A stretch of DNA of 32,000 nucleotides. Origin: Massilicoli timonensis. GTDB lineage: Bacteria; Bacillota_I; Bacilli_A; Erysipelotrichales; Erysipelotrichaceae. Below the pieces are notes generated by a model. That model was not told the DNA's origin and did not search any database. It saw nothing but the letters and a program-made list of their open reading frames with translations. Shown in pieces: positions 24,853-32,000 of this stretch. A program made the position numbers and the translations under genes. The stretch's first letter is position 1. The number at the start of each line of letters is the position of its first letter. The stretch spans positions 483,272 through 515,271 of the forward strand of contig NZ_LT963434.1 in assembly GCF_900199515.1 (NCBI RefSeq), in the 5' to 3' direction.

Positions 24853-25980
24853 TTAATGTACGCGGATAAATACCGGACCGGTTCCGACAAACGCAGAAGC
24901 AACTACCGTATTATTGCCCTGCCAGCCGCCGTGAACAGCACGCCCACCGCCGATATAAACGGCTACATGCGGTACTCCGACACCTGCATCAGCGTAATAG
25001 ATCACATCTCCCGGTTGCGCCTCAGAAGCGGAAACGATCGTTCCCAGCGACATATAGCCTGCCGGCCAGCCATGATAATAAATTCCGGCTGCTGCCAACG
25101 CATTGCTTACCAACCAAGTACAATCCTGTTTACGGCCGACCTGCGCCAATGCCGCATTCGCAATATTGCCGTCCGCGGCAATATTTACCGCTTCATAGTT
25201 ATAATTGGTCGTCGCTTTTTTCTGTTCTGTGATCTTTGTCGCTACTCCATAACTGTCAAAGCTATAGCCTTCAAATTCACGATCACCGTACATCATGCCT
25301 TTTTCATTGAAATAATACTTATTGCCGTCGATATCCTGCCAGCCGGTCAAATAAACACCGGTTTCCGTATAGTAGTATTTCTCGCCTTGATACCAGTGCC
25401 AGCCGACAATGATCGTACCATTCTCTTGGAACGTATAAGTCGTACCGTCAATATCCACTTCACCGACAGCCATAGAACCGTCTTCTTTGAAATAGTATTT
25501 GCTGCCGTCCAATTCCTGCCAGCCCAGCAGTGCGACTCCTTCTTCATTGAAGTAATATTTCTGACCGTCAATTTCCTGCCAGCCAGTCTGCGCATAGCCA
25601 TAATTGTTGTAATACATCGTATGGTCTTCCTGCCATCCTTGCAGCAATCTTCCGTCTTTTTGGAAATTGTATGTCTCTCCATCAACTTCCTGTTCGCCGG
25701 TTACCATCTTACCGGATTTTTTGAAATAATAGCGGCCTTCGTCCAGTTCCAGCCATCCGGTTACCGGATTTCCTTTTTTATTCAGATAATATGTAGCGTC
25801 ATCTAATTTCAACCAACCGATGACTTTCTCGTTATCTTTGATGTAGTAGCGTTCTTCTTTCGTACCGTGCCATCCTTCTTCCGAGCTGGAATTCGCATAG
25901 ATCACACTTCCGATACATGCACACACAAGAATACTAACTAACGTGATTAACCATTTATTCGCATGTCTGACTAAGTTCAT
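24853..25980 (-). CDS. Cell-wall hydrolase with signal/TM segment, about 10 cell-wall-binding (choline-binding-type) repeats and a C-terminal NlpC/P60 domain
   Basis: It has GW..xDGxxYYFxxxGxxxxG repeats. The C-terminal domain carries the catalytic Cys context (QDCTWLVSNALAAAGI) and His context (PHVAVYIGGGRAVHGG). The ATG at 25980 follows GAGGTG, and the track's 50 upstream codons have no support. Confidence 0.88.
   Translation of the reverse strand: MNLVRHANKWLITLVSILVCACIGSVIYANSSSEEGWHGTKEERYYIKDNEKVIGWLKLDDATYYLNKKGNPVTGWLELDEGRYYFKKSGKMVTGEQEVDGETYNFQKDGRLLQGWQEDHTMYYNNYGYAQTGWQEIDGQKYYFNEEGVALLGWQELDGSKYYFKEDGSMAVGEVDIDGTTYTFQENGTIIVGWHWYQGEKYYYTETGVYLTGWQDIDGNKYYFNEKGMMYGDREFEGYSFDSYGVATKITEQKKATTNYNYEAVNIAADGNIANAALAQVGRKQDCTWLVSNALAAAGIYYHGWPAGYMSLGTIVSASEAQPGDVIYYADAGVGVPHVAVYIGGGRAVHGGWQGNNTVVASAFVGTGPVFIRVH
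25237..25875 (-). repeat. Tandem array of roughly 60-bp (18-20 aa) coding repeats (cell-wall-binding repeats)
   Basis: There are about 10-11 consecutive units such as GWLKLDDATYYLNKKGNPVT, GWLELDEGRYYFKKSGKMVT and GWQEIDGQKYYFNEEGVALL. Confidence 0.85.
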
Positions 25981-26032
25981 AAATGCACCTCGTTTCGTTT
26001 TTTTGTTTGTGTCATCCCCACATACAACCCTA

Positions 26033-26061
26033 AGTTTACACATCCCTTTTTTCTTTGTCAA
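26033..26061 (-). promoter_or_regulatory. Putative sigma-A promoter of the hydrolase gene
   Basis: The minus strand has a perfect TTGACA (26061-26056), a 17-nt spacer, then TAAACT (26038-26033), about 50 nt upstream of the ATG. Confidence 0.55.
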
Positions 26062-26482
26062 GTTATCACACATTTTAACATATTTGACGAAACCACTGAT
26101 GAAAGCAAAACTTTTTCTTTCATTTTCCATGTTCTTTTTTGTAAAAAAGCAAAAATTATCTATTATGCCACCCCTATTTTACCCCATAAACAAAGGGTTT
26201 GGGAGACTTTTCACAGCATGGTGTCAAGCCGGCACGCAAGATGAAAAGATTTTTCATCGCTCTTTTTCTCCCTTTGTTAGTATCCTAAATAATGGCATTT
26301 TTATACTTAAAAAGTACAAATATAAAACTATTTTGTGCAAACGCTATTTCTCTTTATTTTACTTGTATTCCTTAAAAAGCACGAATCGATCATGATCCTG
26401 CCCGATCGATGTATCATTTATCTGATATGTGCTTAGTTCCATCAGCCTTGCCCACTCTATTGCTTTTTTCACAACCTCTGCT

Positions 26483-27238
26483 TTACTTGGCACGCTTCGG
26501 TGATCCTAAAAAGACAAAGGTATGTGCGTCGGATCGCTGCGCATCATAGCGAAAGCCCAATCGATCGAACTGTTTGACCTCCTCCAGATCCTCGATCTGT
26601 CGTTCTGCCAAAAAGCGTACCATTTCCCCGCGCGCCATCTTGACATAAACCCCTTTTTCTTTTACCTGACCGCTGATCAGCTCACCAAACACACAGGTTA
26701 CCAGTCGATCCTGTTCGCTTAAAAACGGCTGGATACAGCGGCTGTACTCTTTGGAAGCAAGATTCAAAATAACGCCCTCGTCACATACTTCCCGATACAG
26801 ATCTTCTTGCCAAAAATCATAGAGATTTCGGCAATCGCCCACCTTTAGCTTTGCCTGCATTTCCAAACGGTACGGCACGATCGCATCAAACGGCTTCAAT
26901 ATACCGTAGAAACCGGACAAGATCCGCAAATGCTTTTGTACATATGTATAGTAGTCTGCTTCAAATACCTGCGGTGCCATATACTGATACTGAATGCCGA
27001 CATATGCCAGTAAAGCAGGCGTATCAGCCTTTCCCAGATCCATTTTCTGATAGCGTTCATAGCTTTCCCATGCCAAAGCATCACTGCATGCCAGCACTTC
27101 CTTTAACTGCTCATAAGACAGCGACCGCAATCGCTCTAACAATATTTTACTTTTCTGTAAATAAACCGGTTCACTTTCTGCCGCAAGATAAGCAATGTCA
27201 TCACGCATCTTCTTCGCCGGGGAAATGATGATTTTCAT
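26483..27238 (-). CDS. yaaA: Peroxide stress protein YaaA (UPF0246/DUF328)
   Basis: It has the characteristic N-terminus MKIIISPAKKM and a length of 251 aa. Confidence 0.9.
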   Translation of the reverse strand: MKIIISPAKKMRDDIAYLAAESEPVYLQKSKILLERLRSLSYEQLKEVLACSDALAWESYERYQKMDLGKADTPALLAYVGIQYQYMAPQVFEADYYTYVQKHLRILSGFYGILKPFDAIVPYRLEMQAKLKVGDCRNLYDFWQEDLYREVCDEGVILNLASKEYSRCIQPFLSEQDRLVTCVFGELISGQVKEKGVYVKMARGEMVRFLAERQIEDLEEVKQFDRLGFRYDAQRSDAHTFVFLGSPKRAK

Positions 27239-27432
27239 AAGCCGTTCTCCTATTCATTTTTTTATAGTTTATCATACTGCCGCATCAAAAAGAAAGCATG
27301 CTGCTAATAAAGTCAGTAAATAAAAAAGGCCAAATAAACGTACTTTTTCCTATGCAGCGTGAAATATGATACAGCACTTTTTATGACTTGTCCTATGGAT
27401 TTTACTAAAACGCCATTCTTATTGCGATCTCA

Positions 27433-27462
27433 CAAAAAAGAAGTCCGATTTCTCAGACTTCC
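27433..27462 (-). terminator. Rho-independent terminator after yloV
   Basis: The minus strand reads GAAGTC, a 10-nt loop, then GACTTC, followed by TTTTTT. The stem can be extended by A-U and G-U pairs. It lies about 10 nt after the stop at 27473-27475. Confidence 0.55.
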
Positions 27463-27472
27463 TTTCGCTGCT

Positions 27473-29092
27473 TTATTCTACGGCAATGATCCAGCTGTAA
27501 ACCGGCTGCTTGCCAAACTGCACTTCCACTTCGATATCGCCCTTTTCCTCCACATAGGCACGCAATACCTCTGCTTCTTCCTCATCTGCTCCTTCGCCGG
27601 CGATCAGCGTTACGATCTCGGTTTCCTCATCTACCATCTGATCCAGCAGTTTTTTGGTTACTTCCAGTCGATCAGGCATACAGACAACGATATCCTTTTC
27701 CAGCATGCCCATGAAATCGCCTTCCTTGATTTCCAACCCTTCAAAGGTCGTATCCTTGATCGCATACGTTACCTGACCGGTCTTGACCATCGCAAGTGCG
27801 TCATTCATCTCCGCAATGTTCATATCCGCATCCACATCTGGATTGAAATTCATGCAGGCAGTTAAGCCCTGTGGGATGCTCTTACTTGGAATGACCGTAA
27901 CTTTGCTGTCCTCATATACATCAGCCGCCTGCTGCGCCGCCAGTACGATATTTGAATTGTTCGGCAGAACAAAGATATGCTCGGCATGCAGCTGCTTCAT
28001 CGCTTCCACAAAGTCCTCGGTCGACGGATTCATCGTCTGTCCGCCGCTGATCACATGATCAACGCGCAGCTCCTCAAACATCGCTTTCAGTCCATCTCCC
28101 GCCGCTACGGCAATCAAAGCATATTTCTGCTTCGGCTTGCTTTCCTGATTCATTTCATTTGTCAAAATATTTTCATGCTGTTCCTGCATATTTTCAATTT
28201 TCAATTTGATAAATTCGCCATAACGCTGTCCTAAATTCAGCGCATCGCCCGGCTTCAGCGTGTGCACATGCACCTTTACCAAATCTTCATCCTGTACGCA
28301 GACGATCGAATTGCCAAGTCTTGCCAAACCTTTTTTCAGAGCATCTTCCTGAAAATGTTTTTGCGCATGCGGGGTCAAGCGAATGATGAACTCCGTGCAA
28401 TATCCAAATTCATCGCTTTCTAAATCAGCAGCGGCTTTGCTTTGCGTCGTTTCACTTTCCGCCAACGCAACGATCTCGCCGTCCATTGCCATCAAAAAGC
28501 CTTCCAGCACCGTAACCAGACCGGCACCGCCGCTATCCACAACGCCCACTTCCGCCAATACCGGAAGCAGCTCCGGCGTACGCTTCAAGGATTCCTTGGC
28601 CTCCACCAGCATTTTTTCCATCACAGCACGGCAGTCCACCTGCTCTTGCTTGCTCGCAAAATCCATCGTATAGTCTGCCGCTTCTCTTACGACCGTTAAG
28701 ATCGTTCCCTCTACCGGCCGCATGACCGCTTTATAAGCAACTCTTGAACCGTTGAAGAACGCATTTGCCAACTGCAATCCGTTGATCTCTTTCATGCCTT
28801 CTACGGCCTGCGAGAAGCCTCTGAAGATCTGCGACAAAATAACTCCTGAATTTCCACGCGCCCCCATCAAAAGACCGCGTGACAAAACTTTCGCAATGTC
28901 GCACACATCGCTGTGCTCTACTTTTTTCACTTCTTTTACGCCGTTGCTGAAGGTCATTGACATATTGGTGCCAGTATCTCCATCCGGAACCGGGAAAACG
29001 TTCAGCGCATCAATTTCCCCTTTTTTATTTGCCAGCAGATGGGCACCGTTCAACAGCATCTGCGTAAACAGCTTACCGCTTATCTGTTCCAT
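27473..29092 (-). CDS. yloV: DAK2 domain-containing protein YloV
   Basis: It has the N-terminal Dak2 phosphatase-like motif (NVFPVPDGDTGTNM), is 539 aa long, and sits in the conserved pairing downstream of an Asp23-family gene. Confidence 0.9.
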   Translation of the reverse strand: MEQISGKLFTQMLLNGAHLLANKKGEIDALNVFPVPDGDTGTNMSMTFSNGVKEVKKVEHSDVCDIAKVLSRGLLMGARGNSGVILSQIFRGFSQAVEGMKEINGLQLANAFFNGSRVAYKAVMRPVEGTILTVVREAADYTMDFASKQEQVDCRAVMEKMLVEAKESLKRTPELLPVLAEVGVVDSGGAGLVTVLEGFLMAMDGEIVALAESETTQSKAAADLESDEFGYCTEFIIRLTPHAQKHFQEDALKKGLARLGNSIVCVQDEDLVKVHVHTLKPGDALNLGQRYGEFIKLKIENMQEQHENILTNEMNQESKPKQKYALIAVAAGDGLKAMFEELRVDHVISGGQTMNPSTEDFVEAMKQLHAEHIFVLPNNSNIVLAAQQAADVYEDSKVTVIPSKSIPQGLTACMNFNPDVDADMNIAEMNDALAMVKTGQVTYAIKDTTFEGLEIKEGDFMGMLEKDIVVCMPDRLEVTKKLLDQMVDEETEIVTLIAGEGADEEEAEVLRAYVEEKGDIEVEVQFGKQPVYSWIIAVE

Positions 29093-29103
29093 TTATATTC
29101 CCT

Positions 29104-29466
29104 CTATTTGATCACTTTAACGCCCTGAACATAGACATTGATCACGTTAAAGTCCAGTTCCAAAGAACGCTCCAGCGCATATTTTACCCGTTTCTGAACT
29201 TCGCTGACCACTTCAGAAATCTTAACGCCGTGTGATACGATAATATAAAGATCCAATTCCAAATGATCCTCGTTTTGACGAACGACGACCCCTTTTGAAT
29301 AATTTTCCATTTTTAACAGTTCCGCTAAACCGTCTTTGAATATTTTTTGTGAAGCCATACCGACTACGCCGTAGCATTCAGACACGACTCCGCCGGCAAG
29401 GCTGGCGATTGCTTCGATTGCGATATTGATATTGCCATACTGTGTATTTTTTGTAATAGCCATCAT
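29104..29466 (-). CDS. yloU: Asp23/Gls24-family envelope stress protein (YloU-like)
   Basis: 120 aa with the pattern IAIEAIASLAGGVVSECYGVVGM typical of Asp23 family proteins. The SD AAGGAGGG is present, and two adjacent ATGs begin the ORF. Confidence 0.88.
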   Translation of the reverse strand: MMAITKNTQYGNINIAIEAIASLAGGVVSECYGVVGMASQKIFKDGLAELLKMENYSKGVVVRQNEDHLELDLYIIVSHGVKISEVVSEVQKRVKYALERSLELDFNVINVYVQGVKVIK

Positions 29467-29561
29467 AAGCCCTCCTTACATCTCACTGATATCTGCATTA
29501 TTATATCAAACTTCCTATGAAAATACCACTTCTATTTATGTATTCCTGCGTACAGCCGCTT

Positions 29562-30419
29562 TTATTCATTTTCTGTTTCACTTTGCTCCCCGCTTTTTTC
29601 TTCTTCGCTTCCATCCTGTGCGCCGTCCTCATCTCCCTGTGCCGTTTCGCTTGGACAAGCGCGTTTGGCAATGGCCTTTGTTTCTTCATCGATCCACAGA
29701 CAGACATGATTTCCCTCCAAAGGCTTTAATACATCCTTATAATGGGTAAGCAAAGCGATGCCCTGATACGATACAAACACACTGTTGCCATCCTGCATGA
29801 TCAACTTTACCATGTGTGCATCATAGCTTTCCGCATGGGGCATGATCTCCGAAATCATCTGAATATAGCTTTCATCCTTTAATTTCTTAAACGCCGCCGC
29901 CAGATTAGCAAGCTCCGTTTTTGAAAAATCATGAATATAAGGAAGATCGGCGCGATTCCCCAGCATGCCTTTCTCTAATTGCAGGGTATCGCCGTTTACA
30001 TCCAGCACTTGCAAAGTCTGCTTGTTTTCACCCAGATAGCCGATCAGTGTCTTTTCTTTCACTTCGATCGTAATACCGCCATTCGCATTTTTATTTATCT
30101 TTGCAGATGCAATCAAATCTTCTTTTTCCAAAAGATGTCGGATCCAAAAAGAAGGATGCAACAAGAACCGAGAATCATAATCCAGCCCGGCAATTTCCAA
30201 GATCTGCTCATCGCTGTAATAGCGATTGCCGACGACCCGCAAAGACTTTACCTTAGAATAATCACTGAGAAAGTAAAATATCCCCACGGCAAGTATCACC
30301 AGTACTGCCAGATTGCGAATTCTGCGAAATTTACGGCGCCGCTTTCTTTTTTTCTGTTTTAACTGCTCGAACTGTTCTTCTACTTCGTCGTGCAGCAGTT
30401 CCTGTATTCCCGCTTTCAT
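29562..30419 (-). CDS. divIB: Cell division protein DivIB/FtsQ
   Basis: It has a basic cytoplasmic N-terminus (KKRKRRRKFRR), a single TM and a POTRA-like region (VKSLRVVGNRYYSDEQILEIAGL). It follows murB with an ATGA overlap. It ends in an acidic C-terminal tail. Confidence 0.85.
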   Translation of the reverse strand: MKAGIQELLHDEVEEQFEQLKQKKRKRRRKFRRIRNLAVLVILAVGIFYFLSDYSKVKSLRVVGNRYYSDEQILEIAGLDYDSRFLLHPSFWIRHLLEKEDLIASAKINKNANGGITIEVKEKTLIGYLGENKQTLQVLDVNGDTLQLEKGMLGNRADLPYIHDFSKTELANLAAAFKKLKDESYIQMISEIMPHAESYDAHMVKLIMQDGNSVFVSYQGIALLTHYKDVLKPLEGNHVCLWIDEETKAIAKRACPSETAQGDEDGAQDGSEEEKSGEQSETENE

Positions 30420-31324
30420 AAATTAAACCGTTCCACTTCCAAAATCAATTCCAGCCCATAGGCTTTTTTTACTTCTCGCTGCACCAGTTCGATCAAAGCG
30501 ATGACATCTTCTGCCCGCGCATGATCGACATTGATAATGAAATTCGCATGCTTTTCTGAAATGCACGCACCGCCGATCTGCTTGCCTCTTAATCCCAGTT
30601 CTTCGATGAGCTTCCATGCGAATTGATCTTGCGGATTACGGAAAATACTGCCGGCACATGGATAATTTAAGGGCTGAGAAGCGATGCGCCGCTGCCGTCT
30701 TGCATCCATCAAGGCTCTGATTTCATCCTGATCGCCCTTTGTAAGCTGCAAGCGCGCACCTAAAATGATCCAATCGGGTTGTTTTTGAAAGATCGAGTGA
30801 CGATAGGAAAAGCCAAGCTCCTCTGCCGGCTTCCATTCACACGCTCCATCTTCGCCGCACATGACATATACTTCCCTGACGTTTGCCGCCATATCGCTTT
30901 TATACGCACCGGCATTCATAAAGATCGCACCGCCGAGCGTTCCCGGAATGCCCGAAGCAAATTCCAAGCCGCTGAAACCGTGCTTCATCGCTTCCTGTGC
31001 CAATAGGATAATGCTGGTTCCCGCCTGTACGACGCAAGTCCCGTCCTCCTCAAACGAAAACTCGTTGAAATAGCGATCCAAAGCAATGATGATGCCATCA
31101 TAGTCCTGATCGCCTGCCAAGATGTTGCTGCCCTTGCCAAACAGCTTATAAGGCACCCGCTCCTCTTTGGCTAATGCAATGATCCGCGATAAGCATAATT
31201 CATTTTTCGGATAGACATAGTATTTTGCTTTCCCGCCGATCCGAAAAGTCGTATGTTTGCAAAGCGGCTCGCCGCATTCCACATCTCCATACTGCATCAA
31301 TCTATTTTTCAATTCCATTTCCAT
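30416..31324 (-). CDS. murB: UDP-N-acetylenolpyruvoylglucosamine reductase MurB
   Basis: It has the FAD-binding region (HTTFRIGGKAKYYV) and the GSIFRNP motif. I place the start at the ATG at 31324, giving 302 aa. That ATG overlaps the murG stop by 1 nt (TGATG) and is preceded by AAAAGGTG. The track start at 31396 overlaps murG. Confidence 0.92.
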   Translation of the reverse strand: MEMELKNRLMQYGDVECGEPLCKHTTFRIGGKAKYYVYPKNELCLSRIIALAKEERVPYKLFGKGSNILAGDQDYDGIIIALDRYFNEFSFEEDGTCVVQAGTSIILLAQEAMKHGFSGLEFASGIPGTLGGAIFMNAGAYKSDMAANVREVYVMCGEDGACEWKPAEELGFSYRHSIFQKQPDWIILGARLQLTKGDQDEIRALMDARRQRRIASQPLNYPCAGSIFRNPQDQFAWKLIEELGLRGKQIGGACISEKHANFIINVDHARAEDVIALIELVQREVKKAYGLELILEVERFNL

Positions 31325-32000
31325 CACCTTTTCAGTTGTTCTATCCATCTCAGCATATCGTCCGCCGCATTGGGCTTGCCCATCTTTTTGGCGCACGCCG
31401 CCACATCCGCAAGCCTGAGCGGATCATCTAACAGCTCATGCATTTTGGCATTGAGCGTATCCGCACACAGATCTTTTTCTTCGATCATCAAAGCGGCGCC
31501 CTGCTCACAAAGCTGCATCGCATTGAAATACTGATGATTGTGTGCGACATAAGGGCTGGGAATCAAAATGCTCGCAATTCCTTTGGCGCTTAATTCCGCA
31601 ATGGTCGTCGCACCTGCACGGCACACCAAAAGATCGATATGATCCAGGATCGAAAGCGTCCTGACATAGTCTACTACATGAATATCCGGATTGTCAAAGC
31701 AATCCTTCATTTCCTCATAATTGTTCCTGCCGCTTACATAAAGCACCTGTATGCCTTCCGGTATGGCGACCAGCGCATCTTTCATCACCTCGTTCACACT
31801 GGTAGAACCAAGCGAACCCATTACGATAAGCACCGTGCGTTTGGCAGGCGAAAGCCCAAGTGAAAGAAAATAGGCTTCATCAAAAGGCGTCTGTGCTGCC
31901 AAGGTCGCACGGGGATTACCTAAAAGACGCACGTTGCCGTGAAAGACCTCATTGCATTTTTCGTAGCAGGTTACGATTGCATCCACTTTCCCCATGACCA
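31324..32000 (-). CDS. murG: MurG (undecaprenyl-PP-MurNAc-pentapeptide GlcNAc transferase), C-terminal about 225 aa with the N-terminus beyond the window
   Basis: It shows the C-terminal glycosyltransferase-28 pattern (VMGSLGSTSVNE, RAGATTIAELSAKGIASILIPSPYVAHNHQ). The frame remains open upstream of the track's ATG at 31995 to the window edge. Confidence 0.92.
   Translation of the reverse strand, partial: VMGKVDAIVTCYEKCNEVFHGNVRLLGNPRATLAAQTPFDEAYFLSLGLSPAKRTVLIVMGSLGSTSVNEVMKDALVAIPEGIQVLYVSGRNNYEEMKDCFDNPDIHVVDYVRTLSILDHIDLLVCRAGATTIAELSAKGIASILIPSPYVAHNHQYFNAMQLCEQGAALMIEEKDLCADTLNAKMHELLDDPLRLADVAACAKKMGKPNAADDMLRWIEQLKR

Noticed and set aside
25943-26395. 150-aa plus-strand ORF spanning the hydrolase start and the AT-rich gap.
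   Set aside because: It has no SD, a Phe/Leu/Lys-rich low-complexity translation typical of AT-rich DNA, and it overlaps the hydrolase N-terminus and promoter.
25981-26482. A ydaO/c-di-AMP riboswitch upstream of the NlpC/P60 hydrolase, which is a frequent association.
   Set aside because: The conserved sequence blocks were not seen on the minus strand, and a good sigma-A promoter lies only about 50 nt from the ATG.
1-32000. Mobile elements, prophage, CRISPR arrays, tRNA or rRNA genes, toxin-antitoxin pairs or defence islands.
   Set aside because: I recognised no transposase, integrase or recombinase-like ORF, no direct-repeat/spacer array, no tRNA-like cloverleaf candidates in the short intergenic regions, and no small paired ORFs. 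The window reads as core chromosome apart from the adhesin/hydrolase segment.

Overview
This is a 32-kb chromosomal window from a Bacillota (Firmicutes)-type genome, judged from strong GGAGG Shine-Dalgarno sites, yloU/yloV, DivIB and a LevR-type regulator. I call 28 protein genes plus one candidate micro-ORF. All except the first lie on the minus strand, and most are housekeeping. In plus-strand coordinate order the window holds: bcp (5'-truncated); trkH and trkA (K+ uptake); asd; a sigma-54/LevR-controlled mannose-family PTS operon, transcribed IIA, BtpA/SgcQ-like, IIB, IIC, IID; levR; an SRAP peptidase; an S41 peptidase with a translationally coupled TPR protein; a CaCA exchanger; a DD-carboxypeptidase, rnc and recG; SPFH, NfeD and an unknown protein; a large surface adhesin split by one in-frame TAG; a cell-wall-binding-repeat NlpC/P60 hydrolase; yaaA; yloV and yloU; divIB, murB and murG (truncated). 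I saw no rRNA, tRNA, CRISPR array, transposase or integrase. I did not find a convincing novel multi-gene system, and most of the window is ordinary core genome. The signals most worth a second look are: (1) a G12/C12 homopolymer lying exactly in the -35/-10 spacer of the adhesin promoter, a candidate phase switch; (2) the single amber codon splitting that same adhesin; (3) a consensus sigma-54 promoter whose -24 element is built into the levR terminator hairpin; (4) a BtpA/SgcQ-family gene embedded in the PTS operon; (5) roughly 5-fold over-representation of GATC across the window; (6) a leaderless-looking recG promoter; (7) an unannotated 26-codon hydrophobic ORF after trkH. All coordinates, motifs and counts were read by eye from the sequence. 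No database search was run.
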